In this document: piece after piece, positions 35,935-45,827 of the stretch
How the letters are laid out: every line of letters begins with the position of its first letter
Position numbering within the stretch: position 1 is the first letter of the stretch
NCBI GenBank assembly: GCA_041658465.1
Contig: JBBAAC010000002.1
Coordinates: 1 to 48,771, forward strand
Length of the DNA: 48,771 nucleotides
From: a bacterium
GTDB taxonomy: Bacteria > UBA10199 > 2-02-FULL-44-16 > JAAZCA01
Direction of reading: 5' to 3'
Translations under genes and position numbers: made by a program
Notes under the pieces: generated by a model
Database searches by the model: none
What the model was told of the DNA's origin: nothing
Seen by the model: only the letters and a program-made list of their open reading frames with translations

Positions 35935-38043
35935 TCAGTTCTCTTCGATCTCCCCTTCGTGCCCGAACGCATCCTTGCGCGAGAGCCTGATCTTTCCGCT
36001 CTCGGGGTCGATCTCCAGGACCTTCACCACAACCTCATCGCCCATCTTGAGCACGTCCGAGACCTGCTTGATCCGGTGCTCCTCGATCTGCGAGATGTGC
36101 AGGAGCCCGTCGACCTTCGGGAAGATCTCGACGAACGCGCCGAAGTCCGCGATGCGAACGACCTTGCCCTTGTAGTACTTGCCTACGTCGGGTGTGGCGG
36201 TGCAGCGCTTCACGAGCTTGATCGCCTTGTCGCCCGAGGCCTGGTCCACTGCGCCGATGACCACAGTTCCGTCGTCGTTGATGTCGATCGATGCACCCGT
36301 CTCCTCGATTATCTTGCGCACGTTCTTGCCGCCGGGGCCGATGAGATCGCCGATCCGATCGACCGGGATCTTGATGACCGTGAGCTTGGGCGCGTATGGC
36401 GAAAGCTCCTTACGCGGCTTCGCAATAGTGGCATCCATGTGATCCAGGATCGAAATCCTGGCGTCGCGCGCCTGGCGCAGGGCTTTTCCCAGGATCTCGC
36501 GGGTGATGCCGCTGATCTTGATGTCCATCTGGAGCGCTGTGACTCCTTCGCGCGTGCCGCAGACCTTGAAGTCCATGTCGCCCAGGTGATCTTCGTCGCC
36601 CAGGATGTCGGTGAGGACCGCGGTCTGGCTGTCTTCCTTTATGAGCCCCATCGCCACGCCCGCGACCGGGGCCTTGATGGGAACGCCCGCATCCATAAGC
36701 GCCAGCGTGGAGCCGCATACCGTTGCCATGGACGAGCTGCCGTTGGACTCGAGGATCTCCGAGACCACTCGCACCGTGTACGGGAACTCCTCCTCGGAGG
36801 GAAGCACGCGGCGGACGGCACGCTCGGCCAGTGCGCCGTGGCCGATATCGCGGCGGCTGGGTCCCCGCAGGAACTTGACCTCGCCCACCGAGAACGGCGG
36901 GAAGTTGTAGTGCAGCATGAACTTCTCGTAGTACTCCGCGGTGATGTTCTCGATCAGCTGCTGGTCTTCCTTTGTGCCGAGCGTCACCGTGGCGAGAGCC
37001 TGCGTCTCGCCGCGCGTGAATAGCGCGGAGCCATGCGCGCGCGGTAAGAGCGACACCTCGCACGTGATCGGCCTCACCTCCGTGAGCCCGCGGCCGTCGA
37101 TGCGCTTCCCCTTGTCGAGGATCATCTTGCGGACGAACTCCTTCTTGATCTCGGAGAAGGCCTCCTTCACCTGCCCCGCAAGATTTGTCTCGTCATCCTC
37201 CGGCACGAGCTTCTCGAGGAGTTCGCTCTTCAGCACATCGAGCGCCGCGTAGCGTTCCATCTTCGTGGGGATCGTGACGGCTGCCGCGAGTTTATTCCCA
37301 AGCGCGTCTCGCACCTTGGCACTGATCTCGCTCGTGTCCGGAGGCGTCACCTCTTTCCACTTCTGCTTGCCTGCCAGCTTCTGAAGTTCGAGCTGCGCCT
37401 CGATAACGGGCTGCATCTGCTCGTGGGCGTACATGAGCGCCTCGATCAGCTCCTCCTCGGAGACCATCTTAGCGCCGCCCTCGACCATCACGATTGCGTC
37501 GCGGCTGCCTGCCACGATCAGGTCCAGGTCGGATATCTCGCGATCCGCATCTGCGGGGTTGCAGCAGAACTTGCCGTTCACCCTGCCCACGCGGACGCAC
37601 GCGATAGGACCCTTGAAGGGGTACGGCGAGATCGTGAGTGCCGCCGACGCGCCGATCACGCCCAGGATATCCGGATCGTGATCCAAATCCGCGGAGAGCA
37701 CCGTCGCGATCACCTGCGTCTCGTTCGCATAGCCCTTCGGGAAGAGCGGGCGGATCGGCCTGTCGACCAGCCGGCTCACCAGCGTCTCGCGCGTTGTGGG
37801 TCTCCCCTCGCGCTTGAAGAAGCCGCCCGGGATCTTGCCCGCGGCAAACGTCTTCTCGACGTAATCGACTGTGAGCGGCGTGAAGTCACGGCCCTCCACA
37901 GCTTCCTGCTTGGCCTGTGCCGTCACCAGCACCACCGAATCTCCGTAGCGGACTACGATAGACCCGCCGGCCTGTTTGGCGATCCGCCCCGTCTCTAGCA
38001 CGAGCGTGCGGCCGCCAAACTTTATTTCGACTTTCTTCGGCAT
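35935..38043 (-). CDS. pnp: Polyribonucleotide nucleotidyltransferase (PNPase)
   Basis: Two RNase PH domains plus KH and S1 domains. Start set to ATG 38041-38043 (MPKKVEIKFGG) with GGAG upstream. Confidence 0.95.
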   Translation of the reverse strand: MPKKVEIKFGGRTLVLETGRIAKQAGGSIVVRYGDSVVLVTAQAKQEAVEGRDFTPLTVDYVEKTFAAGKIPGGFFKREGRPTTRETLVSRLVDRPIRPLFPKGYANETQVIATVLSADLDHDPDILGVIGASAALTISPYPFKGPIACVRVGRVNGKFCCNPADADREISDLDLIVAGSRDAIVMVEGGAKMVSEEELIEALMYAHEQMQPVIEAQLELQKLAGKQKWKEVTPPDTSEISAKVRDALGNKLAAAVTIPTKMERYAALDVLKSELLEKLVPEDDETNLAGQVKEAFSEIKKEFVRKMILDKGKRIDGRGLTEVRPITCEVSLLPRAHGSALFTRGETQALATVTLGTKEDQQLIENITAEYYEKFMLHYNFPPFSVGEVKFLRGPSRRDIGHGALAERAVRRVLPSEEEFPYTVRVVSEILESNGSSSMATVCGSTLALMDAGVPIKAPVAGVAMGLIKEDSQTAVLTDILGDEDHLGDMDFKVCGTREGVTALQMDIKISGITREILGKALRQARDARISILDHMDATIAKPRKELSPYAPKLTVIKIPVDRIGDLIGPGGKNVRKIIEETGASIDINDDGTVVIGAVDQASGDKAIKLVKRCTATPDVGKYYKGKVVRIADFGAFVEIFPKVDGLLHISQIEEHRIKQVSDVLKMGDEVVVKVLEIDPESGKIRLSRKDAFGHEGEIEEN

Positions 38044-38182
38044 AAACAACTCCATTCTTTTTTCAGGCGCGATGGTCTCCCGGCAGCGCGCAAAATAGCG
38101 CGCCACAGGCGCTGCTCCGCCTTATGATTTCAATTGTGAGGAAATGACCTGCGGATTGAAACTGATTGCGGAGAGGAATTCT

Positions 38183-38236
38183 CTGATAACTTACACGAAC
38201 GCTCGCCTTCGGCGAGCGTTCGTGAAAAATTATCAG
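38183..38236 (-). promoter_or_regulatory. Long stem-loop in the rpsO-pnp spacer (candidate RNase III / autoregulatory site or rpsO terminator)
   Basis: A 14-bp GC-rich stem CACGAACGCTCGCC / GGCGAGCGTTCGTG lies at 38194-38224. It is extended by CTGATAA / TTATCAG (38183-38189 / 38230-36). No U-tract follows on the minus strand. Confidence 0.4.
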
Positions 38237-38263
38237 GTCACTCTCCCCAGCCCAAGCCGCGGG

Positions 38264-38533
38264 CTATTTCCTGATGCCCAACTCCCCGATGAGGCTCTTG
38301 TACCGATCCTCATTGTGCTTCTTGAGGTAGTTGAGCAGCTTCCGCCTGCGGCCGACCATCCTGAGCAGGCCGCGGCGGCTTGCGTGATCTTTTACGTGGG
38401 ACCCAAAGTGCTGCGTGAGCTGGTTGATACGCTCGGACAGCAGAGCGATCTGGACCTCTGCAGACCCCGTGTCGCCTTCGTGGGTTGAGAACTTCTGAAT
38501 GACCTCGGTCTTCCTTGTCTGTTCCAGTGCCAT
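38264..38533 (-). CDS. rpsO: 30S ribosomal protein S15
   Basis: [32 protein letters not shown]. Start at ATG 38531-38533. Confidence 0.95.
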   Translation of the reverse strand: MALEQTRKTEVIQKFSTHEGDTGSAEVQIALLSERINQLTQHFGSHVKDHASRRGLLRMVGRRRKLLNYLKKHNEDRYKSLIGELGIRK

Positions 38534-38581
38534 AGTGGGGAGCGCTGCTAACACATGAATTTCTCACTGTAAAGAAAATTC

Positions 38582-39259
38582 TCACAGGGGGATAAGATGA
38601 TCCGTCCATATTGCCGGGTTCGCCCTGAGTGTCTCCAAAGGCACCGCTTCATCTATTATATAGGGGCCGCTTTTGAGCCTTCTTATCCCCCTGGCATGAC
38701 CGCCCGGACCGAGGGCCTCCCCCAGGTCACGGCAAAGACTGCGCACGTAAGTGCCGGTGCGACAGCTCATGCGCATCCTGACCTCGGGCCACGATACCCC
38801 GATGATCTCCAGGGAATCGATGGTCACGGGCCCCGGCGAAAGTTCCACTTTCTGCCCCTTCCTTGCCATATCGCAGGCGCGCATCCCGCACTTCTTCTTT
38901 GCCGAGAAGAGCGGAGGTCGCTGCATAATACGACCGGTGAAACGCGACAGGAGCGCACTCAGCCCCTCCAGCAGGTGAGGCGCAGCATGCTGCTCGGAGA
39001 TAACCCCGCCCGTCTCGTCGTCGCTGTCGGTAGAAATTCCCAGATATAGAGTGAACTCGTAGACCTTCTCGTCGCTGGCAAGTCTTTGCGCATGCTTGGT
39101 GGCACCATTGATCACCAGCGGCAGCACCCCGCTGGCAGCAGGATCGAGGGTGCCCAGATGCCCGACCTTGCTTGCATGTATTAAGCGCCTCACCAGCGCG
39201 ACCGCGCTGTGGGAACTCGGGCCAACGGGTTTGTCGATGACAAGGACGCCATCCTTCAT
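38582..39259 (-). CDS. truB: tRNA pseudouridine(55) synthase
   Basis: VLVIDKPVGPSSH..KVGHLGTLDPAASGVLPL. Confidence 0.95.
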   Translation of the reverse strand: MKDGVLVIDKPVGPSSHSAVALVRRLIHASKVGHLGTLDPAASGVLPLVINGATKHAQRLASDEKVYEFTLYLGISTDSDDETGGVISEQHAAPHLLEGLSALLSRFTGRIMQRPPLFSAKKKCGMRACDMARKGQKVELSPGPVTIDSLEIIGVSWPEVRMRMSCRTGTYVRSLCRDLGEALGPGGHARGIRRLKSGPYIIDEAVPLETLRANPAIWTDHLIPL

Positions 39260-39266
39260 TGGAGTC

Positions 39267-40232
39267 TCAGCCCTTGAGCGCGTGCTCGACCGCCGTTTTG
39301 ATCCTTAGTTTCGCCTCTGCCATGGTTGCCCGCATACGGACGCCGGAGGCCCTGGCATGTCCCCCGCCACCCATCGAGCGCGCCAGCGCCGAGACATCTA
39401 CGATGTCCTTGGATCTGAGGCTCACCTTGATCGCGCCGTCCCCGAGGTCGCGAAACAGGGCGGCCACCTCCACGTCCTGGATCGATCTGGGAAACGTAGC
39501 GAACTCGTCGGAGACCTCCATCGTGGCGCCCGTGGCTGCGAGCATATCCTGGGAGACCTCCATGGTGGCGTACCGGCCGCCCAGATCGATCTCCAATGTA
39601 GAGAGCGAGCGCGCCAGGAGCTTCATGCGCGATGCGGGATACGACTCATCCATATGTTTCGCGACTTCCCACGGCTCGGCGCCGGCCTTTACGAGCTCTG
39701 CCGCGAGCTCGAAGACGTGCGCATTCGTGGAAGAATACTTGAAGAATCCTGTGTCCACTACGAGCGTCGTGTAGATGCACTGAGCTACGTCGGCGTCCGC
39801 CTCGAGCCCGGCCCGCTTCATGAGCCTCATCACCACTTCGCCGGCCGAGGCAGCAGTGGGGTCGAGCAGGAGCACTTCCGCCTCCGTCTTTTCGAGCATG
39901 TGATGATCTATGCATGCGATCGTGCCGAGCTTCTTGTGCGCCGCGAATTCGTCCGACACGCGCAAGCTCTGCGCGCAGTCGACCATGATCGTCATATCGA
40001 ATTCCTGATCCTGATCGAGCCGGCTGACCACGCGGTCGGCACCCGGAAGGAATCGTAGATTCGCAGGCACGCCGTCGCGGTTGTAGAGGACGACATCCTT
40101 ACCCATCTTCGAGAGGACGTTACCCAGCGCCAGCGTAGAGCCTATGCCATCGCCGTCGGGGCTGTAATGCGAAGCGACCAGAAAACGCCCGGCGCCCTTC
40201 AGCCGATCGATGATGCCGGCATAGTCATTCAT
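39267..40232 (-). CDS. nrnA: DHH/DHHA1 phosphoesterase (NrnA-like oligoribonuclease/pAp phosphatase)
   Basis: HYSPDGDGIGS, CIDHH and GGGHARASG motifs. Confidence 0.85.
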   Translation of the reverse strand: MNDYAGIIDRLKGAGRFLVASHYSPDGDGIGSTLALGNVLSKMGKDVVLYNRDGVPANLRFLPGADRVVSRLDQDQEFDMTIMVDCAQSLRVSDEFAAHKKLGTIACIDHHMLEKTEAEVLLLDPTAASAGEVVMRLMKRAGLEADADVAQCIYTTLVVDTGFFKYSSTNAHVFELAAELVKAGAEPWEVAKHMDESYPASRMKLLARSLSTLEIDLGGRYATMEVSQDMLAATGATMEVSDEFATFPRSIQDVEVAALFRDLGDGAIKVSLRSKDIVDVSALARSMGGGGHARASGVRMRATMAEAKLRIKTAVEHALKG

Positions 40233-40596
40233 GTTTGCTCTCCCCCTTGATGCCTGCGATCAGTTCGTCCACCCGTTCGCTGATGTCTATGGATTCGTCG
40301 TAGAAAAATTCAAGTTCAGGCGTGAATTTTAGGGAGAGGGACTGAGCGATCAGGCGTCTGAGAAAGCCGGCCGCACTCTTGAATCCTCCCGCCGCGCGTT
40401 CCTTCGTTTCGGCGGAGGAATGGATAGAATGGTAGTAGATGCGCGCGATGCGCAGATCCTTTGTCACATGGACGCGAGTGACCGAGACCCCCAGAAGCCT
40501 GGGATCGGAAATGTCGTTAACGACGGACTCGGCGACGAGCTGATAGATGCCGTCTGCAACGCGCTCCGAGCGATCATAAGGGAGGTGTCTGGTCAT
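40225..40596 (-). CDS. rbfA: Ribosome-binding factor A
   Basis: RVADGIYQLVAESV..DPRL..VSVTRVHVTKDLRIARIYY. Its stop overlaps the nrnA start by 8 nt. Confidence 0.9.
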   Translation of the reverse strand: MTRHLPYDRSERVADGIYQLVAESVVNDISDPRLLGVSVTRVHVTKDLRIARIYYHSIHSSAETKERAAGGFKSAAGFLRRLIAQSLSLKFTPELEFFYDESIDISERVDELIAGIKGESKHE

Positions 40597-40880
40597 ATAT
40601 TAATGATCTCTGTGTATCGATCGATGAGGCCTACAGGGCCCTGATCCTCGATGAAGGTCGTGGCGCGCTCGATTATCCCCTCTATGATGCGCCTGTCGTT
40701 GCCAACCACCGCAAACCCCAGCTCTGCCCGCTGCCAGAGGTCCTGGTTGCCTACCTCGGCGACAGCGATGCCGAACTGATTCGCGGTGCGGTCCTTCAGC
40801 CTGCGCAGCACCTGCCGCTTCTCTTTGAGAGAGTGGCATCCGTCGATCCGGAGATCCAATTTACAGATACCTACGATCAT
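40593..40880 (-). CDS. DUF503 (YlxP-like) protein
   Basis: MIVGICKLDLRIDGCHSLKEKRQVLRRLKDR. Conserved position between infB and rbfA. Confidence 0.85.
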   Translation of the reverse strand: MIVGICKLDLRIDGCHSLKEKRQVLRRLKDRTANQFGIAVAEVGNQDLWQRAELGFAVVGNDRRIIEGIIERATTFIEDQGPVGLIDRYTEIINI

Positions 40881-40995
40881 CAGTGATTAGTGATTGGTGA
40901 TTTGTAATTGGTGATTGGTGGTAAATGGCAAGTGTCAGAAACATATGCGGCCGAGTCATTCACACCAGTCACCAATCACTAGTCACTAATCACTA
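40881..40995. repeat. Heptamer-word hairpin (TNGTGAT family) filling the infB-DUF503 spacer
   Basis: Period-7 run CAGTGAT TAGTGAT TGGTGAT TTGTAAT TGGTGAT TGGTGGT. 40882-40913 is complementary to 40963-40994 at 28/32. The 49-nt apex contains AAATGGCAAG (40923-40932). Confidence 0.8.
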
Positions 40996-43428
40996 TGCAA
41001 GTTTTGCAGCCTTTGATTCAATGACAAAGGCCTCGATCACGTCGCCCGTCTTGACGTCGTTGTAGCCGTCCAGACCCATGCCGCATTCGTAACCCTCTGC
41101 GACCTCGCGCACGTCGTCCTTGAAGCGCTTGAGAGAAGCAAGCTTCCCTTCGAACACGACGACGGAATCGCGAATAAGCCTGACGCGCGACGAGCGGAAG
41201 ATCTTGCCAGAAGCCACCTGGCAGCCCGCTATGCTGCCGACCTTGGAGATGCGGAATACCTCCTTGACCTCCGCGCGGCCCTGTGTGACCTCCCGGAGCT
41301 CCGGCGCCAGCAATCCCTCCATTGCCTTGCGTACCTCGTCGATCATCTCGTAGATGATTCTGTAGCTTCGAATCTCGATATTCTCGCGCTCCGCAGCCGC
41401 CCTCGCCATACCGTCGGCGACGACGTTGAAGCCGAGCACAACGGCATCCGAAGCGGATGCGAGCATGACGTCGCTCTCCGTGATGCCGCCCACGCCCGTG
41501 AGCAGGATCCTGAGCGAGACCTGGTCAGTGGAGAGCTTAGTGAGCGCGTCCGACACCGCCTCGAGGGAGCCATGCACGTCTGCCTTGAGGATGACGGCCA
41601 GCTCCTTCTGCTCGCCCTCTGCCAGATGCATTGCGAGGTCCTCGAGCGACGCGTGAACCGGCCGCACGAGTTCCCGGTCGCGCATCTTCATGCGGCGCTG
41701 CTCTGCGACGAGCCGTGCCCCGCGCTCGTCCGTCACGCCGATCATCTCGTCGCCGGCGGAAGGCACTCCGGAGAGACCATGTATTTCTACCGGTTTGGAG
41801 GGAAGCGCTTCCCTGATCGGCTTCCCCTCTGCGTCGAGCATCGCGCGGACCTTGCCGTCGTAGGGACCGCAGACCACATACGAGCCGACCTTGAGCGTGC
41901 CCTCCTGAACGAGCACCGTGGCGACCGGGCCGCGTCCCTTGTCGAGCGACGCCTCCACGACAACGCCCTTAGGCCTGATCGTCGGGTCCGCCTTCAGCTC
42001 GAGCATCTCGGACTGTATGAGTATCATGTCCAGGAGCTGATCGATCCCCACCTTTGTCTTTGCGGATGTGTTCACGCAGATCACGTCCCCGCCCCACTCC
42101 TCAGGGACCAGGCCGTGCTCAGTGAGCGACTGCTTTACGCGGTCCGGCTGCGCCTCGGGCCTGTCGATCTTGTTGATAGCGACGATGATCGGCACGCCAG
42201 CGGCCTTTGCATGCGATATCGCCTCAACCGTCTGCGGCATGATGCCGTCGTCCGCGGCCACGACGAGCACTACGATGTCGGTCACCTGCGCGCCTCGCGC
42301 GCGCATTGTGGTGAAGGCCTCGTGGCCCGGAGTGTCGAGGAACGTTATCATTCCCTTGGGGTGCTTCACCTCGTACGCGCCGATGTGCTGGGTGATTCCG
42401 CCTGCCTCGCCCTCCGCGACTTTGCTCTTTCGGATCACGTCGAGGATCGACGTCTTGCCGTGATCGACGTGCCCCATGACGGTGACGACGGGGGCGCGAT
42501 GCTCCAGATTTGCAGCGGAGGCGTGGGCCTCAGGCTCCACCAGCACATCCTCTTCCTTGAAGGCGGTGTGCTCGATGCTGAAGCCGAAATCAGTTGCGAT
42601 GAGCGATGCAGTGTCCACGTCTATCTGCTGGTTCACTGTGACCATGACGTTCAGCGCCATGAGCTTTTTTATGATGTCGGACGCCTTCACGCCGATCGCC
42701 TGCGAGAGCAACGCGACCGTGATGTTCTCCTCAACGCGGATGACCTTCTTGATCGCCTTGGGTTCCGTGATCTGCGTCTGCTTGAACTCCTTGCGAACAG
42801 TTGTCTTTCTGCGCTTCGCTGCCGGGCCAGGCTGGAACACGCGGTCCGCGACAGCCGGCGCTGCGACCTCGACGACCTCTTTCTCTTCCTCACCATGGGG
42901 ACCGATGAACTGCTTGAGTCCGCCGGCACGCTGTATCGCCTCCATCTCGAGTTCGTCGCGATCCTTGCGCTTGCGGGGCCCTTTCTTGAGACGATCCTTC
43001 CAGTCATCCTTGACGCCGCGCACGGCACCGGGCGCTGCGGAGAGATCGATGTAGCCCACGACTCCTATGCGGCGCTCCGCCTCGCTCGGCGCTGCAAGCT
43101 GTGGACCGACCGTCGCCCTGGCGTCGGGCCCCTGCGCCGCAGCCGTTGCAGCGGCCTGTGCCGCCTGCGCCGGCGTAGGCGCCGGCTTTGCTTCCTGCAC
43201 TGGAGCCGGGGCCTTGGCCGAAACCTCCGTCGGCTCCGGTGCAGCGACCGCTGCCGGGGTCTCCACTGCGGATTCGGGCGTGCCTTCCTGAGCCGCTTCA
43301 ACCTGAATTTCCGCCTCAGGAGGCGTCTCGACTTTTATTGCGCGGCGGCGGATCAGCGTCGGTTTTATACGCCTCTCCACAACGTCGGCTGATGGCTCGG
43401 CATGTTCTTTGTTCGTCTCCACTACCAT
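40993..43428 (-). CDS. infB: Translation initiation factor IF-2
   Basis: Ala/Pro-rich N-terminal region and a G domain ([23 protein letters not shown]). 811 aa. Confidence 0.95.
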   Translation of the reverse strand: MVVETNKEHAEPSADVVERRIKPTLIRRRAIKVETPPEAEIQVEAAQEGTPESAVETPAAVAAPEPTEVSAKAPAPVQEAKPAPTPAQAAQAAATAAAQGPDARATVGPQLAAPSEAERRIGVVGYIDLSAAPGAVRGVKDDWKDRLKKGPRKRKDRDELEMEAIQRAGGLKQFIGPHGEEEKEVVEVAAPAVADRVFQPGPAAKRRKTTVRKEFKQTQITEPKAIKKVIRVEENITVALLSQAIGVKASDIIKKLMALNVMVTVNQQIDVDTASLIATDFGFSIEHTAFKEEDVLVEPEAHASAANLEHRAPVVTVMGHVDHGKTSILDVIRKSKVAEGEAGGITQHIGAYEVKHPKGMITFLDTPGHEAFTTMRARGAQVTDIVVLVVAADDGIMPQTVEAISHAKAAGVPIIVAINKIDRPEAQPDRVKQSLTEHGLVPEEWGGDVICVNTSAKTKVGIDQLLDMILIQSEMLELKADPTIRPKGVVVEASLDKGRGPVATVLVQEGTLKVGSYVVCGPYDGKVRAMLDAEGKPIREALPSKPVEIHGLSGVPSAGDEMIGVTDERGARLVAEQRRMKMRDRELVRPVHASLEDLAMHLAEGEQKELAVILKADVHGSLEAVSDALTKLSTDQVSLRILLTGVGGITESDVMLASASDAVVLGFNVVADGMARAAAERENIEIRSYRIIYEMIDEVRKAMEGLLAPELREVTQGRAEVKEVFRISKVGSIAGCQVASGKIFRSSRVRLIRDSVVVFEGKLASLKRFKDDVREVAEGYECGMGLDGYNDVKTGDVIEAFVIESKAAKLA

Positions 43429-43463
43429 GAACCCCTTCCTTTCGACTGCGCTGCCAGCGTGAC

Positions 43464-44939
43464 CTACTCTGTTTCCTCTTCCTCTCCCTCAGGCGCGTCT
43501 GCGACTTCCGCGGGCACGTCCCCGGCAGAGGCCTCCGCAGCAGCGGCGGCCTCCGCAGCAACCGCTGCGGCAGCCAGAGCCTCTTTTTCCGCGGCTTCAG
43601 CTGCAATCGCGCGCGCCGCCGCCTCCTCCGCGTCCTTCCGGGCGCGCTCTTCCTCTTCCAGCTTAATGATCTCTCCGATGAGCGTCTGGGTCGAAAGCCC
43701 CTTCTCCATCGCCGCCTTTGCCTTTGCGTAGAGGCCTTCCAGAGCCTCTCCTCCCACTCCGGGTACCTGCTTGAAGTCGTCTATCTCGGAGCTGGCGATA
43801 TCCTCGAAGCTCCGGAACGTATGCGAATATAGGATCATAGCCGAGCTGTCGTCGATGCCCAGGATCTCGGAGAGGACCTTTCGCGCCCTCGCCGCAACCT
43901 GCTCGATGCGCGTCTCGCTGTAGACATCGATGTTCCAGCCGGTGAGCTGGGCGGCGAGCCGCACGTTCTGGCCGCGGCGACCGATGGCGAGCGAGAGCTG
44001 GTCATCCGGCACGACGACTTCCATCGCGCGCTCGCGATCGCGGATGATTACCTTCACGACCTCGGCGGGTGCCAGCGCATTGCAGACGAACCGCGCCGGC
44101 TCGTTGTCCCACGCCACGATGTCGATCTTCTCGCCCTTGAGTTCGTTGACCACGCTCTGTACTCGCGAACCCTTGATGCCCACGCACGCGCCGACCGGAT
44201 CCACATCCGAATCGCGCGAGACCACGGCGATCTTCGAGCGCACGCCCGGCTCGCGGGCCGCCGCGCGGATCTCCACGATGCCCTCCGCGATCTCGGGAAC
44301 TTCCATGGTGAAGAGCCCGATGAGCAGCCCGATGTTGCGCCTGGAGAGGATTACGGCCGGCCCCTTGCCCTCCTTGTCTATCCGGAGGAAAAAGCCCTGG
44401 AGCCTCTCCCCAGCACGATAGCTCTCCGTCGGCACCTGCTCCTGCTTCGGAACCGCGGCCTCGGTACGGCCCAGGTCCACGACCATATCGCCCTTTTCAA
44501 AGCGGCGGACGATGCCGGTGATGAGCTCCCCGAGCCTCCCCTTGTACTCCTCGAAGATGATGTTGCGCTCCGCCTCGCGCACTTTTTGGATGATCACCTG
44601 TTTCGCGGTCTGCGCCGCAATGCGACCGAATACGGAGGGATCCATCTTCACGCCGAGGCTGTCGCCCGGCTCCGCATCAGGGTCCAGCTCGTGGGCCTCT
44701 TCCAGGCCCATCTGCATGTTAGGGTCCTCGACGTTTTCGACGGCGGTCTTGAACTGGAAGAGCTCGATCTCGCCGTTCTCGTCGTTGAAATGCGCCTCGA
44801 GCTCACCCAGGTGACCCCACTTCTTGCGCGCTGCAGTGAGGAATGCGGTTTCGATTGCCTCGATGAGCATCCCGCGCGGGATGCCTTTGTCTTTGCTCAC
44901 CTGATCGAGCACGCGCCCAAGATCCTGAAACATAGCCAT
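43464..44939 (-). CDS. nusA: Transcription termination/antitermination factor NusA
   Basis: Start set to ATG 44937-44939 ([20 protein letters not shown]). S1, KH1 and KH2 domains plus one HhH-like repeat. Ends in an Ala/Glu-rich acidic tail. Confidence 0.95.
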   Translation of the reverse strand: MAMFQDLGRVLDQVSKDKGIPRGMLIEAIETAFLTAARKKWGHLGELEAHFNDENGEIELFQFKTAVENVEDPNMQMGLEEAHELDPDAEPGDSLGVKMDPSVFGRIAAQTAKQVIIQKVREAERNIIFEEYKGRLGELITGIVRRFEKGDMVVDLGRTEAAVPKQEQVPTESYRAGERLQGFFLRIDKEGKGPAVILSRRNIGLLIGLFTMEVPEIAEGIVEIRAAAREPGVRSKIAVVSRDSDVDPVGACVGIKGSRVQSVVNELKGEKIDIVAWDNEPARFVCNALAPAEVVKVIIRDRERAMEVVVPDDQLSLAIGRRGQNVRLAAQLTGWNIDVYSETRIEQVAARARKVLSEILGIDDSSAMILYSHTFRSFEDIASSEIDDFKQVPGVGGEALEGLYAKAKAAMEKGLSTQTLIGEIIKLEEEERARKDAEEAAARAIAAEAAEKEALAAAAVAAEAAAAAEASAGDVPAEVADAPEGEEEETE

Positions 44940-44952
44940 GAGACTCTCCTCC

Positions 44953-45444
44953 TCAGTTTGACTTTCCTTTTGGCAGGAGCTCTTCCGGCTCCAGCCGAGC
45001 CTTCTCAATCGCGTCGATAGGAACCTGATAACGATCCCCGTCAATGATTATCGTGATGGCGCCGCCCTCAACCCGCTCCAGTATGCCCTTGAAATTGCTG
45101 CGGCCGTCTATCGGCTCGGCCGTCCTTACCCTCACCCGCATACCCGCGTATTTCTCAAAATCAGCGGGGCGGCGGAGCGGCCTGAATATCCCCGGGGAGC
45201 TGACCTCAAGGTCGTAGCGCACGGGAACCACATCCTCGACTGCTACGAGGTCCTCGATCGAGTGGGAGGCTCGCACGCAATCGTCTATCGTGACCCCGCC
45301 CTCCCTGTCGATAAAAAGCCTCAACACCCATCGCCCTGAATCAAACACGATCTCCCGCTCGATCAGATCGTACCCGAGGTTGGCGAGCACCGGCGCCACC
45401 AGACCTTCGACTTTCGCAAGGATCTCTTTCCGATCAATAGTCAT
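44953..45444 (-). CDS. rimP: Ribosome maturation factor RimP
   Basis: Start at ATG 45442-45444 (MTIDRKEILAKVEGLVAPVL). The listed 45465 start is TTG. Confidence 0.9.
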   Translation of the reverse strand: MTIDRKEILAKVEGLVAPVLANLGYDLIEREIVFDSGRWVLRLFIDREGGVTIDDCVRASHSIEDLVAVEDVVPVRYDLEVSSPGIFRPLRRPADFEKYAGMRVRVRTAEPIDGRSNFKGILERVEGGAITIIIDGDRYQVPIDAIEKARLEPEELLPKGKSN

Positions 45445-45489
45445 GCGTCTCGATCTTCGCAGCAAAGCCCTAAACTCAAGCCTGCCAAC

Positions 45490-45518
45490 AAAAAATGGGC
45501 ACCACCTGCGGGCCCATT
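45490..45518 (-). promoter_or_regulatory. Leader stem-loop plus U-tract upstream of rimP-nusA (candidate attenuator)
   Basis: Minus strand: AATGGGC-(11 nt)-GCCCATT followed by TTTTGTT, about 45 nt upstream of the rimP ATG. Confidence 0.35.
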
Positions 45519-45551
45519 ACCGTACAACTCGCACCACTGAAAGCGAGCGGG

Positions 45552-45579
45552 AGTATATATAAAACCCCTTGGTGCGCAA
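45552..45579 (-). promoter_or_regulatory. Candidate sigma-70 promoter of the rimP-nusA-infB operon
   Basis: Minus strand: TTGCGC (45574-45579), a 16-nt spacer, then TATACT (45552-45557). An AT-rich tract lies upstream. Confidence 0.35.
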
Positions 45580-45827
45580 GGCTATTTTTGCCAAGCGACA
45601 AGTTTTTCTATTTCACTTGATGCAATATGGATCGCGATCTAAGTGATGATAATTAATTAATAAATAAACAGCATCTGAACACGACATATAAATCACATTA
45701 AATAACTGCGCTTATCCCCCTGATTTTACAAATTTAATTATATTGTCGCAAGCCGCGTGTTGGTATTTTGAATAATATTTGTATTTGTATTTTATTATAT
45801 ATTAGAAAATACAATACAACATATTAT

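Noticed and set aside
43429-43463. Absence of ylxR/L7Ae-like genes between nusA and infB as a deletion
   Set aside because: Many lineages lack these genes, and the 35-nt spacer contains a normal SD for infB.
43465-43640. GC-rich low-complexity repeats (GCNGCN) at the nusA 3' end and the infB 5' region
   Set aside because: They are in frame and encode the Ala/Glu-rich NusA tail and the Ala/Pro-rich IF-2 N-terminus. This is ordinary compositional bias, not a non-coding repeat.
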